DNA of 49,757 nucleotides, the filler included, from Dimargaris cristalligena (taxonomy: Eukaryota), in the NCBI GenBank assembly GCA_003614675.1. It is 2 parts of 2 records of this genome, joined end to end, with 100 filler letters (N's around TTAATTAATTAA, not from the genome) between each part and the next. Parts side by side here need not be neighbours in the genome. Positions count along the whole stretch, not along the records: positions 24,934 to 49,757 come from ML002575.1; 1 more part is not named here. One strand, written 5' to 3'. Below are positions 37,228-49,757 of this stretch, in pieces. The position numbers were made by a program, and so were the translations under genes. How positions within the stretch are numbered: position 1 is the first letter of the stretch; every line of letters starts with the position of its first letter. Below the pieces are notes generated by a model, which was not told the DNA's origin, did no database searches, and saw only the letters and a program-made list of their open reading frames with translations.

Positions 37228-37979
37228 TAACCATACTCGCCTAAAATCGGGATCAAACCATCTCTCGTTGTCCATTGGCACCTACCTATGCTACCCCATG
37301 GTCATCCGTTGACTCAAGGGGTATGATAAGCATCTACGGCTTTGCGCCTTGGGGTGGCATCCCTGTGTATTTTTAAGGATAAATAAACCATGTCTTCCAT
37401 CTTGGGGCTTTTCCGACTCTTTGTATATATAATATCCATGGTATTCCGCTGGATTTAGAGGTATTATTGGATGGTATTGCTCGCCGTTTAGGCTGCGGCC
37501 AAATCCTAATTGTACGACCAAGCCCATCGCCTGAATTGGCAATAAGAATGATAGTGGACTATAGTCTCCTCTTCTTTCATTTTTTCCATATAAAAGGACG
37601 GGCATTGCGGTTCGTTGAAGCGCTTGCTGGTTAGTTAAAGAGGGGTTTGCCATTTCTCCATTCCATTTGCATCGTCATTTTTTTGTCCCATTCCAGTCGG
37701 TCTACCTAGCTGCTGTATATTACTTTGCGGGGTGACTCGAACGGCCATTGACTCAGCCTTCCCAGTTGCTGAAGCTATTAGTTCCATTGACGAAGACGTA
37801 TCCTTCGCATCTTCCCATTTGCCGCCTCGCCTGCATACTACTCATTTGCGACGACTTATACGAGATTTTGTTTAGCACAAAGGTCACCTTTTGGGAACAC
37901 TCTTATAAATCCACCCCGGCCCACTGTTTTGGTCTTATCGCTTGCGCGTCTAATACATTCAATCGCTCAGCGCCTCCCC

Positions 37980-40900
37980 ATGACCACCGGGTCGCTCCTC
38001 ATGCTGGCCAAAAACGAATCCGTGGAGCTGAAGGGCGTGGTAGAATGTCAGGGAAAGCCCGGGTACTTATACCTTACCACAGCTCGTTTGGGATGGGCCC
38101 TCCAGGTGGCCAAAGACTTTAACATTGTAGTCGACTTTGCCAATCTTAAAGGTACACTATCCTAGTAACACATACATAACCATATCCAACCCGTATTCAT
38201 CGATGCTGGACTTCGACGCGCAATTTCCTATACTCTGACAGGCCACCTCCCTTTGAATGTACCACCACCAATGTGGCCTCGAGCTAAACTCCACTTACCT
38301 AATTACATTATATTACCACCGAATAGCCCAGCAGGTTAGTAAAGCGGGGTCCAAAAAGGTCATGTTGAAAGTGGTCCTTAACGAGCCAGTCAACGGGGAT
38401 GCCAGTTATACATTTATTTTTACCTCCCCGGACAAGGCCCTCGACGAGCGGGAGCAATTTAAAGAAGGTCTGATTCGGGTACTCAGTCGGCAACGGGGAC
38501 TCCCAACTCCCGCCCATTCCACTTCGAACCCATCGGTGACATCCAACGCGTCAGCGCTACCTAATAAATCCCTGGACCCAGGTTCGACCAATTCGGCCCA
38601 AATGGTCAGGAGGGACGGCGCCCCTTCGCCGTACATGATTTCACTAACCCCCAAACTATTTCCCAACCTGGGAACAGTACCACCCGCGCCACTGACTCGT
38701 CAAGCCATTAAAGCCCGCCAGCACGTCTTGTCCAAACACCCGGACCTAGCCCAGCTCCACAAGGACTTGGTCCAGGCCGGGTATATTCACGAGGAGGAGT
38801 TCTGGGCCACCCGGAAACAGCTCTTGGAAAGCGAAACCGCCGAAATGGAGCAGCAAAAGGGCCTCTCGTCAGCCTGGCCTGAAATGCTTCCCGGGGTTCA
38901 AGTCGAAAAGAGTTACCAGTATACCCTTTCGAACGATATGATATTCTCCATTTTCCAGAAGCACCCTAAAGGTAAGTGATCCGGGTTTCTAATCGGTTGA
39001 GTTTTTTTTTTGGCCACGCGATTAGTTTGCCTTTGCCTTGCGATAGGAACACACGTAGGAAATTGGACCATGCTAATGCGTATGGCATGTCTTCCTCGAT
39101 CATTAATGGTATATTACCACAGTCAAGCAGGCCTTTGAAGAAACCGTACCGCACGAGGTAAGTGTCTTGCCTTAATTAGAAATCCGAGTAGTTATGTAAT
39201 GCCTTGATTTCAGGCACTCCTCATTTTGGTAGAGAGAGTGGGGGCTTCAAGTTTCTGTCCGATAATTTGATTTTGCAATTTATCATTGCCGGGTCTTTTT
39301 GTACATTGCCTTTGTATTTTTTCTAGCCTTCTTCCGATTAAGCTATATTCTGGGAGAGGCACTCATTGTCATCAGTTTTACACTATTTGTTGCTGACCTA
39401 CTCACCCGATTAATGGTCTAGATGGCGGCGGAGGAGTTCTGGAAACGATTTATCGCGTCCAAAGTGTTTCACCGCGACCGGTCAGCCACAACGAATGATG
39501 GCGTAGCCGATGATCTATTTGATAAATGCGCCGAGGAGGAGGAGCAAGAAGGTAATGTGTGGTCTAATGTTCATTCATTGCTCATCACGCTAATAGTTAT
39601 TGCTCCTCGGGACCTTTGTATTTAGTATACCCTTTGAATACACCCCCTCTATCCAGCCCTTTGCGTGCATTGGTTGTGTCATTTCTAATTTGTAAATATT
39701 ATGGGCTTGACCTTTAATTCGTGGCGACTCTTTCCCCATAATCCGAATCTAACTGCTCGCCAAAAATAGATAATGAACAACTGTCCAAGCGCATCAAGTT
39801 GGGTAACCTTCACCGTTATTTGGATATGAGCCAAACCGAAGAAGATCACATTGAGACGGGTAATGCGCCCAACTTTTCTATGAAAGCGGGAAAATTGGCC
39901 GATTCCCAGGCCATTATTAAGTCATTCAATCGACACTCCCAAACGGTCCTTAAGGCACATCTGTAAGTTATTCCCTGCTATGCAGACCATTATTCTACCA
40001 CAATTACCGAGGGCATCCGCTTCCGCCTATATTCGCGAATCAGGGGTTTCCCATCACACGTGCCAACACAGTTCATACCCACCTCCGTCCATTTGTTTAC
40101 CATTAAAAAGCCGGATGTTTTCTAATATTGTCCGCATAATTCTCTTCGTTGGTATTTTCCATTAATAGCGAGAATACGGCTCAGCTCGCATCGACTAACC
40201 TTGACGACGAGCTTGTCATCAGTGATCTTCAGCCCGAAACCCAACAGCCCCATCTTTTACTGGAAATTGCCAACGAGCGCCGTTACCTAGAAAGTCAGGG
40301 ACTACCTTCCCAAGAGACCTCTGGCGATCGCTCTCTTTCCACTGAAGTAGGTGAATCTACTGATACATATATATACAATTTCCCCTTGGTGCCTGTTTCA
40401 TTTAAAACCAGATGGCTTAGGTAACCGGCAAACTGTGATCTCTGCTATGAATAATGCGAGTTACTCCCAATAGTTTAGCCTCGCCCTACTCTTATCATTT
40501 CTTAATGAGGCCCCATCCTATTATTTTACTGTTTTTTGTCACTGGTGATGGCACCTTGCATCACCCGGCTACTAGGAATCGGAACTTATTCTGAACCAGT
40601 TCGCCCATCAGTTCCAGCAGGCCAACTTTAAACTCTACGAGAGTGCTCTAGGGAAGGAAAGCACCACAGCCGTACTCAGGGAACTCTGGTCGCTAGTGCG
40701 CGATAATGCCCAGTTTCAATGGGCCCGCAACCACCAGAGTCTAGACCTACCGGTCGAATTGACGTCTAGTTTGATGTCCTGTCACATCACGGGGTACGAA
40801 ATGCTCCGGCATTTATGGGCCTCTCTCGGCGTGCCCCCGTCGGAAGAAGGGTTCAAACGGGCCACGAAAATCATGGACGCCATCCAATTGGTAAACGAGA

Positions 40901-41040
40901 GTATTCGGGAGGTGCTCCAAGAGGCCCGCTCGAGTGACGCCGAAACGATCAGTAAAGTGGGAAAGATCATGGCGCCCCTGCAAACGGCCATTCAAACGGG
41001 ACAAGAGGAATACAATAGAGTTAAAGCCAGGCGAATCTAG
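37980..41040 (+). CDS. TFB1: TFIIH p62 subunit (PH + BSD domains). Exons approximately 37980-38151, 38327-38971, 39123-39157, 39422-39551, 39770-39962, 40169-40348, 40576-41040.
   Basis: PH-like N-terminus (QQVSKAGSKKVMLKV), first BSD domain (LAQLHKDLVQAGYIHEEEFWATRK), second BSD domain (IFSIFQKHPK|VKQAFEETVPHE|MAAEEFWKRF), and C-terminal EMLRHLWAS. Six GT-AG introns in compatible phases. Confidence 0.88.
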
Positions 41041-41588
41041 CGGACTGAACCTATTAACAAATCGTTGGCGATACCTTCCTAATAAATCATTTCTACCTGA
41101 CCTGCCTCAATTACTGTTTATTTTTATATACATTCTTAATGGTGTATTAAATTATTTCCAGGACCAGATATGCGAAATAAGGACTTTTGGTGTGAAAAGG
41201 GGTGCCGAGTATTTCAGCAAACCTAGAATTTGGAGGACAGCCGCGACGGGACTGCTTTATTTTACTATTGCATTAGCGATGTTAGTACCCATTAACACTG
41301 TCAACGTGATATGTCCTAGTCATAGTAGGGTTCGGGTTCTTAGGAATATCGTACCCAAGCTTTTAAATTTCAATGTCTAAGCTGATTTCCAATTTCATAA
41401 AATCCTTGTTTTATTATCAACTGAAACTGATTTGACCCTGGAAACAGGCTAGCCCTACCACATGGTAACTCTCGTGGGTTCTTAAGGCGGAACATTGTGC
41501 TTTTAGGGGGATTTCGTCCCAATAAGGACCGATTATGCGAAAGAAAATTGGTTTGCAGTTGGAAAGAAGACACGACTCAACCAAATGG

Positions 41589-43834
41589 TCAGCCGGCGGT
41601 ACCCATGCGTGGGGCAATGTTAACCATTAACGCGCGATTGCGGGGCCGAAGGGTAACGTACTCGACCGGATCAACCCCAGGGTTTTCAGGGTTCGTGAAC
41701 TCCATCTTAAATTGCCGGACCAGGTTCGTCATGGTGAGGTGCAATTCCATCATACTCAGGTTACGGCCCAAACAACCGCGGGGGCCGGAGAAAAAGGTCA
41801 GAGTGGCCTTCTTGAGTTCCGCCGAGGGCTTCCGGCCGTCCAACCAGCGCTCCGGCCGAAACTCGTCGGGGCGGTCCCACTGCCAGGGGGAATGGTTGAC
41901 GCTGTAAATCGGGGTGGCGATTTGCTTCCCCCCCGGCACGAAATAGCCGTTTATAGTTACCCCTTCCGATGGAATGATGCGGTAAATGGCCGGCGGAGCG
42001 GGGGGATAGAAGCGCAGGCTCTCCTGGATGACGGCCTCAAGGTAAGGCAATTTGGCCTTGGCCTCCGCGTACTTGATGATGAGGAGAGGCTGGGCCTGGG
42101 CCTGGGGTTGCGTTTGGGGAGTTAGAGGGATATCCTCGGCTGAGATCAGCGGGGGACAACGATTGTGTTGGTCGTGAGTGACATTGACAACGGCGGGCGA
42201 GGGGAGGGGGAAATGAGTCAGAACCTCGTCCACCAGACGCTGGTAATTGTGGGGGTGACTCAGAAGGGCATATACAATCCAGGTCAGGGCATGGCTGGTG
42301 GTGTCGGTTCCCGCCACGAGTTGGACGAGCGATTCGCTGGCCAGTTCCGCCGTGGTAAGGCCTTCGCCAGTCTCCGGGTCGGCCGAATCAATCATGAACT
42401 GTAGGATATCGCTGGGAGGTTGGCAGTCTTGCTTCGGAATAGTAACCTCGAAGGCCATTGCGGGAAGCTTAGCTCCGGGTAGCGGTGGGCCCGCCCCGAC
42501 GGTGCTATCCGGTTCCCTCAAGGGTCCCACCTGCGAAATGGCCTGGGCCTGGAGATTAGCCAAGAGGGTTTCGCGGTCTAGGACCGCTTGGGTGGCCAGC
42601 TGGAGTAAACTGCGGTGGGCATGGAGTCCCCGCTCCAAAGCCGGAATGAACGGAACGGACCGGCCCTTGAGGAAGCTGAACACTCGGGTGATGGTGGTGT
42701 ACACGAAGTAATCGTTAAACCAGTCCAGCACCGTTCGATCCCCGGTTTGCAGAACGTTGAACGATTTTCCAAAGGCCAAGCGCCCAATTATATCGAACGC
42801 CAAGCCCTGGAAGTCCCAGTAGAGGTTGAAGGAAACAAATTGGTTGGTCTGCGGAGCAAGGCGGTGCAGTTTGGTCATTAGTGGGCGCACTCCAGATTCG
42901 ATAATGACGTCTTCGACCTTGTAAAGGCTGTTCCAGGAGAACACGGGGGCCAGTAGACGCTGGCGCTTCTTGTGGAATACCGAATCGCAGGTGGTAAAGA
43001 TGTTGGGCAGGAATGGCTCAAACACTTTTTCGTAGAGGTCACTGGGCTTTATAAAGGCCGGGTTGGCCACCAGTTGTTTGGCCAACTGGTAATCGCAGAT
43101 ACTAACCGCGTTCACGCCTAGATGGTAGAAAGAGATGGGATTTCGAACAGATGACAATTAGGTTTGGGATGGATCCATTGGGTCTCCTAGATTAACAGTA
43201 GTCAGGTCGCATAATAGGTATTTCTAGCCTATTGGGCCAATGTGTATCATATCAAACCAGGATGGTGTAGGCCAAACACCCTGCAGCATAAATGCCAACC
43301 ACGGCTCGCCAATCCTATTTGCTCCCAAAAATACACTTACCGATACGCATTATAGGACCGTATTTCAAATGTCGCTGATGGAGAATCATGTAGGATTTGC
43401 CGGTGATGAGGCGATAGATAAGGTCAAACTCGCCCAGTCCAACGTACCAAGGACCTGGAAACTGGGCAAGGGGAGAGCAGACCTTATGATAGACAAGCTG
43501 TGTATCCGGGAGATGGTGTATCCAATTGGACAAGTATTAAGATATCATATTGGTGTTTAGTAATATCACATCAAACTATCTCCCCCTCCACCGTTGGAGT
43601 GCGGGAATGAGTTCTACTAATTCTCTGACAGCTAGTTAGCAATGACTAGCCTATTAACCATGGCCATAAAATATAATTCAGAGCGAAATGTCAGTTGATA
43701 CTTACGTTGCAAAGGTATAGGGCCAATAAGGCGGTGATGACATGGACGGTACTGGCCCAGAAGTCATCAACTTTCAGCAAAGAGCGGAAAAACGCTAGAT
43801 TTGATATCATAATTGTATCACTATTAAATATCAT
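41589..43834 (-). CDS. Cytochrome P450 monooxygenase. Exons 43834-43706, 43497-43341, 43117-41589; alternative ATG at 43810.
   Basis: N-terminal membrane anchor, PLAQFPGPW hinge, KYGPIMRI|G, I-helix AGTDTT, ExxR (ESLR), PERW and heme motif FFSGPRGCLG. Confidence 0.93.
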
Positions 43835-45505
43835 GGAGGATTGGCGTAGATTAGAAAATAATTAAGAAGTAGACTGCTACAGATCGTCAAAGGGAGTTTC
43901 CGGTAACTCGGTCAGTAAACGGGGTTAGTCAAGGCAGGTACAAAGGTTTACCATAAGCAATATTCGGTCATAAAACTGCCAAGTGATGCAAAATAAAGAT
44001 ATTTCAAGAATCCAGGGTTAAAAAGTAGAGGAAGAAGTTGGAGGGAGGGGGAGCGAAGAGCAGCCCGGCTCTATTAGTATAGCGATAAAATGGGCGGCCA
44101 GTAGCTCTCTAACCACAGTCCCCAAGTAAAAAAGTCGGGTGGGAAGGGCAGTGTACGTAACGGGCGCTCACCATATCCAGAAACCCATAACTTGGCTCTC
44201 CACTAACGAACTGGTCCTATGCCCTAATCAGGGGGTACTGGTGAATCAGTGGGTAGTAGGCGCCTAAACGCCTCTAAGGTCTGTAAGTATCTTACTCATT
44301 GAATGGTGGAATGCATTACTATGTAAACCCACAGTTGCGCACCATGCAGCACCCGGTAGACCCTAGCATCCGCTAACCGCCGTATAACTATACTACCGCC
44401 TGAAAAGAGTAGTTCCAGCTATAGTTACATTGGGTTCCAATAGGTCGTTGGAATCTCTGTGTAGGGAGGTTACCTGGTTTGCCATGGCTTATGAAGACCC
44501 CTGAATCGCACCAGGCGGACTCTCGACCCTACCAACCCGATATTTAAGGCTGATGTAACGGAGTACACTGAATAGTGCGACTCACTCCGGTGCTCGCGGG
44601 AGTTTCGAATGGGGACAAATGGTAGCAGGAGAGTGGTGACTTATTGTACAGAGCCTGAGTATATGGTGTGCATTACCTTCCAGTTACATGCATTTCTACT
44701 TAGGGCTCTCCAAATCAGGAGGGAAGGGGGGGGGGGGCAAATATAGTATTAATGGGTCACTCGATTCGGATGGCAAGTCGAGTTTATATAGATCAGCAAC
44801 CTGTTGACTGGGCCAAATGGGGTGCAAAATAATGTTCATGCGTAGCCAGCCAATGCCGTTCCCCTTTTTTATCGGGCGTTAAAACCAATGCATTCAACAA
44901 TCCAGCTATCTAATCGGACTCAGGGTGGCCAAAGGCGAATGGGTTTACTACGGAATCAAGCGGAACACAATACTTCACCTACGGTGATTCGATTGAAATC
45001 CCCCTGCTTGACAACGATCATTAAATATAGGGAGGCAAAGGGATTGTTGACCAGATAATGTAAATGAAATAGCCTCCAGTCCCCTGGTGATGCGATTGGA
45101 GATATTTTCATTTTTATAGTAGATGTTAAAAGTGCTTAATTACGTACCATAATTCATTCCTAAAGACCTGGCAACTTATGGTAAACTGCGGTAAAGTAGG
45201 GGTCGCTAGTTAACGCCCACTACACAGAAACTATAGCCATCTAAGCCGGCCCCTCTATTATATGCGAAGTTCTTTGTCGGATCTAATTATTATATTGGTC
45301 GCTAAAAAGCAAGTGTTGCTCTCCAACTTAATTATTTATACACGTCAGTTTACTTTATCAAGTTAAATATCGAGAAAGACCAGTTGAACATGATTTCACA
45401 GCTTCCAAGCTTACATTCATTAAAATTACTAACGGTGGTCAACAGTCGCCATACGGTCTAATAAATATTACAAGCAACCGGGCCCAATTGTCATCATCGG
45501 TAGTG

Positions 45506-48500
45506 TTATTTCAGGACCTGAAGAAGCTTACTCGAGCTTTTAGTGAGTGCTGGTGGAGCCGGACTTTGGCTGCTAGAGGTTGCCGATTTTGTCCGATTGG
45601 GGGTAGACGGTTCACCAAGCTTGCGACGTTTCTCGAGAGGCTGGGATAAGGACCGGCTATCTGGGACACTGCTTTGCGAGTTGGATGGTGATTGAGTATT
45701 CTCTGATGCGGTTTTGCCTGTCATCAGGGCGGAGAACCCGTAGGTTCGTGATCCACCGGTCTTGCGTGGAATGGCTGCCCCAGAGGCCGAGGAACCCGTT
45801 CCTGACCCGCCTCCAGAGGAATTAGAGTCACCCAGTTGAGTGTCGGGTAGGAACCGTTTTAGTTTAGAGGGGCGATCCACGGTAAAATCCGAGGCCCCAC
45901 CTCCCGACCCTTGGGCCACGTGGGAGCCGGTGTTCCGGGGACAGCGAGCGAATTTAAACACTTCGGCACCCGCGTTTCCACTATCAGTTGCCCATTTCCG
46001 GGTTGACGACGCCTCCCGAGTGGATCCATTGCCAGTAAGCAAAGGGGCCGTAACCAGCACGGACCGCGTCGATATCATGCTCGCAATGTTCACCGAAGGA
46101 CCGCTACTATCCAAAAGTAGGGCTGATAGGGGATCAGATAGGGATGTACTGGCCTCTTGGCGGTGCGATTTAAAGCTGTGGGGGTGTATAAAAGGCAGGT
46201 CGACGGATTCGTCCGAGGCATTAATTTCGCCGTCATCGTCATTGTCATCATTGTCGTCAGCATCTACTGATCCCACCTCATTTACCGTGGTATCGTCGGC
46301 TGTTTCAATTGGATTCACCAGCTGATCATCTTCAGGGGCTGGTCCTCCTAAGTGTTGAGCAACTCGGGCAAAAGCCGCCGTCTCCGGGTTAAGCGCTTGT
46401 TAAAGATCAGCATAGAAAGTTATCGTCAATATTTATAAGTTAGTTAGGTGGATTCTCGATAATTGTGCATCTAATGCCACAATATTGGAGCACGGTAGTG
46501 TAGATTATGCAATAGTCCACCGGTGATTAAGACATGGGGGGGGTCAGATACGAGGGGCATGCTGGTTCTATACAGCCAATGTTCCCAACGCCATTTACCT
46601 AATTTACTGAGCTTGGCAAACGCAATGTCTTCCCCTCGGTCCCGCTGCTGTCCCAGTTTGAGTCCCTGTTTCCACATGAGCCGGCGACGCTCCCGATCGG
46701 CGATTTCCTCGTCTACGGCCCCATCTACCCAGTCGCCCAGATTATCCCGGTTACCATCTAGTTGGCCTCCCCGTTTGAGTCGACGCTGTTTCGCCCGGGC
46801 AGCCAGTTTACCCTCGGTAATATCCCGGTAGAGAGTGGCTACGGCGACCGAGTCCTCGTCGCGCTCCCGGTCGTGGTGGTACTGCCGCATCAATTCGGGA
46901 TCGTATTCATCGCCCGACTCTTCTTCGCCGCTGAAGGCAACCATGGAGTCGTTTTCATCCCACTCGTCCAAATCGGGGTTCTCTTCGTCTTCATCCTCAT
47001 CCTCGCCGCCACCTCCCACTGCCTTCCCGTTAGCTTCGTTCGGGTGCGGTTGGCCATCGGCTCCCACTGTGAGCCCGGCGATGGTGCGTTGTCCGAATGG
47101 TAACAGCTGGGTTTGTCCACCACCCCCAAAAAATGTGGTATCGTCATCGGACTCGCCCTCCTCCGCCTCGGCATCGACAAACTCAGAGCGGGGCCGTTGT
47201 TTTCTCACCTTGCCTGATCTTGCCCCGGATCGCCCAGTCGGTCCCAGCCCATTGCGTCGGATAAGACGGTTTAGCGATCGGGCAGGTAGCGAGGGATTTT
47301 CAACCGGTGGAGTGGTTGCCATCGGGTATGCCAGTGTCAGGTCTTCCACCGGCAATAGTTGAGTCGGGGTTAGATCAGTTAATCCTTCGTCTGAAAGGGG
47401 CAGCGGCTGGGTCGGGGTCAAGGGCTGGGTGTCGGAAAAGGGAATGGCGGTATCCCTGGGACTTTGGCTAGCAGGAGCGAACCGGACGGGCGTAGGGGAC
47501 TTTGGATATTGGTGGTCATCCCCCAAGGCCGACATTGTATCGCACAGGGAGTCTTGGGAGGGGGAGGGAATGTTAGCGAAACATTGGGAGTCGAACCATT
47601 GGTCACTGGACGCCAGAACTCCGTCCAGGGTGGGCCGACCCAGTCCCATCGAGTCAACCAAGGCATCGTCGGGACTGACCGCCAAAGGTGTCGCGACTCC
47701 CTGCCCCAAACGGGCGTGGCTGGTGGGTGATATAGTCAGTGTGGCGTCTGTTGACATGGGGGTGGCCGAAGGTGGTGCCGAGGCCATTGGGTGGCTTTTA
47801 ATTTGGGGCCGTCGAGCAAAAAGAGGGAAAAGTGCGGTGGCTGGACGGAGTTCAGGGGAGCCTTGGGTTGAGTTCCCTTCCACTGGGCTTACAACCCCCG
47901 ACTGGTGTATAAGGGATGAGCGAGTATGCCTTTTCTTTAATATGGGGCCGTCGTCGTCGTCGTCATCATCTCCGTCGCCCGAGTTGTCATCGTCACTTTC
48001 GGCATTTTCCGAGACCAATGAGACTGATTCGAGATTATCAAGTCCCTCCGCATCCTCGGGCTTACTGTCCTCTCCAGTGGACTCGAGTTCGCTACCCTCC
48101 AACTCACTATCCGCGTCATCAGCGTGGCAGCCCGGCAAATTGCTTTCCAGTGCGTTTTTGACGTCACTACCATGGTCAGCGAGCACGGGCTCAGGCTCGG
48201 CAGAGGCCGGGGTAGCCGGGAGTTTGCTTAGCTCCTTGAGTCGACGTTGGGATGACGACTGGAGGATCTTATGGGTAAGGAGTTGGTTCAGTTGCTTGTG
48301 GGCAATTCCCGCGGGGGTATGGCCGGAAGAGCCACTTGCTTTGACAGGCGAACCCACCTCGGTTTGACTTAGACGACCCTTGAGGAAGCCCTGGGTGGAG
48401 CTGGGCCTTTTCTCCGGAGACGTAAGTAAGGGCTGGAGTTTGTTGTGACCAGTCAGTAGACTAGACATGGTGTCCAGCCGCTGCTGCTTTAAAAAGACCG

Positions 48501-48555
48501 CTTCATCGACAATTTCGAGCTCCAAGAAGCCATCTTCGTCACTAGACAGGGACAT
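45506..48555 (-). CDS. MRC1: MRC1/claspin-like replication-checkpoint mediator. Exons 48555-46599 and 46395-45506.
   Basis: Acidic, disordered protein with TQ/SQ clusters (DTQPLTPTQP, LTPTQLL), SEFVDAEAEEGESDDD and LYRDITEGKL..KQRR. A GTAAAT..AAG intron rebuilds KL|ALNPETAAF, which matches my recollection of the MRC1-like domain. Confidence 0.72.
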
Positions 48556-49757
48556 GGCGTCATAAGATCAAATAGAAAAAGAGAGAAAAAGAGATTGGGC
48601 TAAAGTGAATGCTGTGGGAATGTTGAGAATGGTGAAGGTTGCCTTAGTTGAAAAACTACGCATGGTGATTAGAGGAGTTGTTTACATTCAATAAGTAACA
48701 ACAATTTGAGTGGTTTAAACGTAGCCTATTGGCCTAGGTATGTAAACAATGCCCATTAACATTAATTGGGCTGTAGGTATCTCTTGGGGAAATGGTAGTA
48801 CAATTGGTTTGAGTGGGTGTTACCCAGCAGCCCGAGTGTCTTTTCCTTAGATGTTGTAACAAAGTACGTTGTTAGTCGACTATAGATTAACTATAGCAAT
48901 TGCCTATTGATACTCTCTGCTAGATTGAGCCGTGGATACGTCAAAGTTATCCACTCAAACCATACCAATTATTTTAGGCTTATAATGTAAAATCTAGTTA
49001 TATCGCATATTTACTGTGGCCTGAGATTGCCCATCGTATATTACCAGTGATAGTAAGCTATCGCTTTTAATTATATTCGGGTTTTCACCAAGCATTGGGG
49101 GACTGAGGTGACTACAATGCTCATTCGCTATTTTCAAATTCTTAGACTACTAGAGAGGCCAGTGTATTTTTCTAGAGGGCTAGTACGCTGCCTGATTGAG
49201 ATTGTCTGTAGTGGCGACAAAGGCTGCTTAAGAATTAAGATTTTCCAGAAGACCATACGACAATTGCGGGTCGGTTTGGGTGAACTGCCATATATTACAT
49301 GAGGTGGCTTTAATTTAAGGTTCCATATGTGGCCAATGCTTTATTCTGCAGAGGATTTAGGCGTGTCACGGCGTTCTTCCGCGATATCCGACGGCCCTCA
49401 CTCCGCCGATGACCCCCCAGTGCATTAAATCCATCGATGGGCGTGTCAGGGATCAGTAACAGGTGCTATTTAGAATGCCGGTGCTTATTTAGGCGGCCCA
49501 CGTCAGACCTCTCACGCCCCCTACTGGGCAGTGCATAACTAACCAGTCAAAGTAGCCTTATTTTTCCCCCTATCATGCTACTACAAAGGCCCGGACTAGG
49601 ACGGCTTAAGGGGGCGGCAATATCCGACGGCCATATATCTAGAACTACTCATGGCCGGGCCAACCATTTCTCATATGTTTTCTCGCCTTTATATTTCTCA
49701 TCCGTTTAGCCTTGACTTGCAAGCAATTCCTCATTCTCGTACAACCCCTTGCCTCTC

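Noticed and set aside
34125..48555. CLF1-APC11-TFB1-P450-MRC1 as a functional gene cluster
   Set aside because: These are conserved genes from unrelated pathways, I saw no shared motif, and the arrangement fits ordinary gene order.
1..49757. tRNA, rRNA, spliceosomal snRNA genes or CRISPR arrays
   Set aside because: A manual scan found no T-loop/cloverleaf, no conserved rRNA or U1/U2/U5/U6 signatures and no regularly spaced repeats. Divergent RNAs could have been missed.

Overview
Fungal nuclear DNA with GC-rich exons and GT-AG introns of about 150-290 nt. The gene set suggests an early-diverging (non-Dikarya) fungus, possibly Zoopagomycota; that placement is inference only. An artificial 100-nt spacer (44 N + TTAATTAATTAA + 44 N, 24834-24933) splits the window, so the two halves may not be real neighbours. 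Left half: about 8.5 kb with no recognisable gene, a KHA1-type K+/H+ antiporter, a 3-exon pantothenate kinase-DUF89 fusion, a WDR44-like WD40 protein and a probable minus-strand gene stub. Right half: the 3' half of a multi-exon GH47 alpha-1,2-mannosidase with an in-frame TAG, a broken F-box-like gene, two inverted solo LTRs in a 1.4-kb CpG-free block, then CLF1, APC11, TFB1, a cytochrome P450 and an MRC1/claspin-like gene. The best leads are the CpG-free inverted LTR pair (possible repeat-directed mutation), a hairpin-dense element at 1116-1358, a cluster of nine ATTCGCC motifs, the GH47 internal stop, and a C-terminal CxxC...CxxC motif on the WDR44 homologue. I found no clearly new multi-gene system. 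All protein calls come from recognising motifs by eye; no searches were run.
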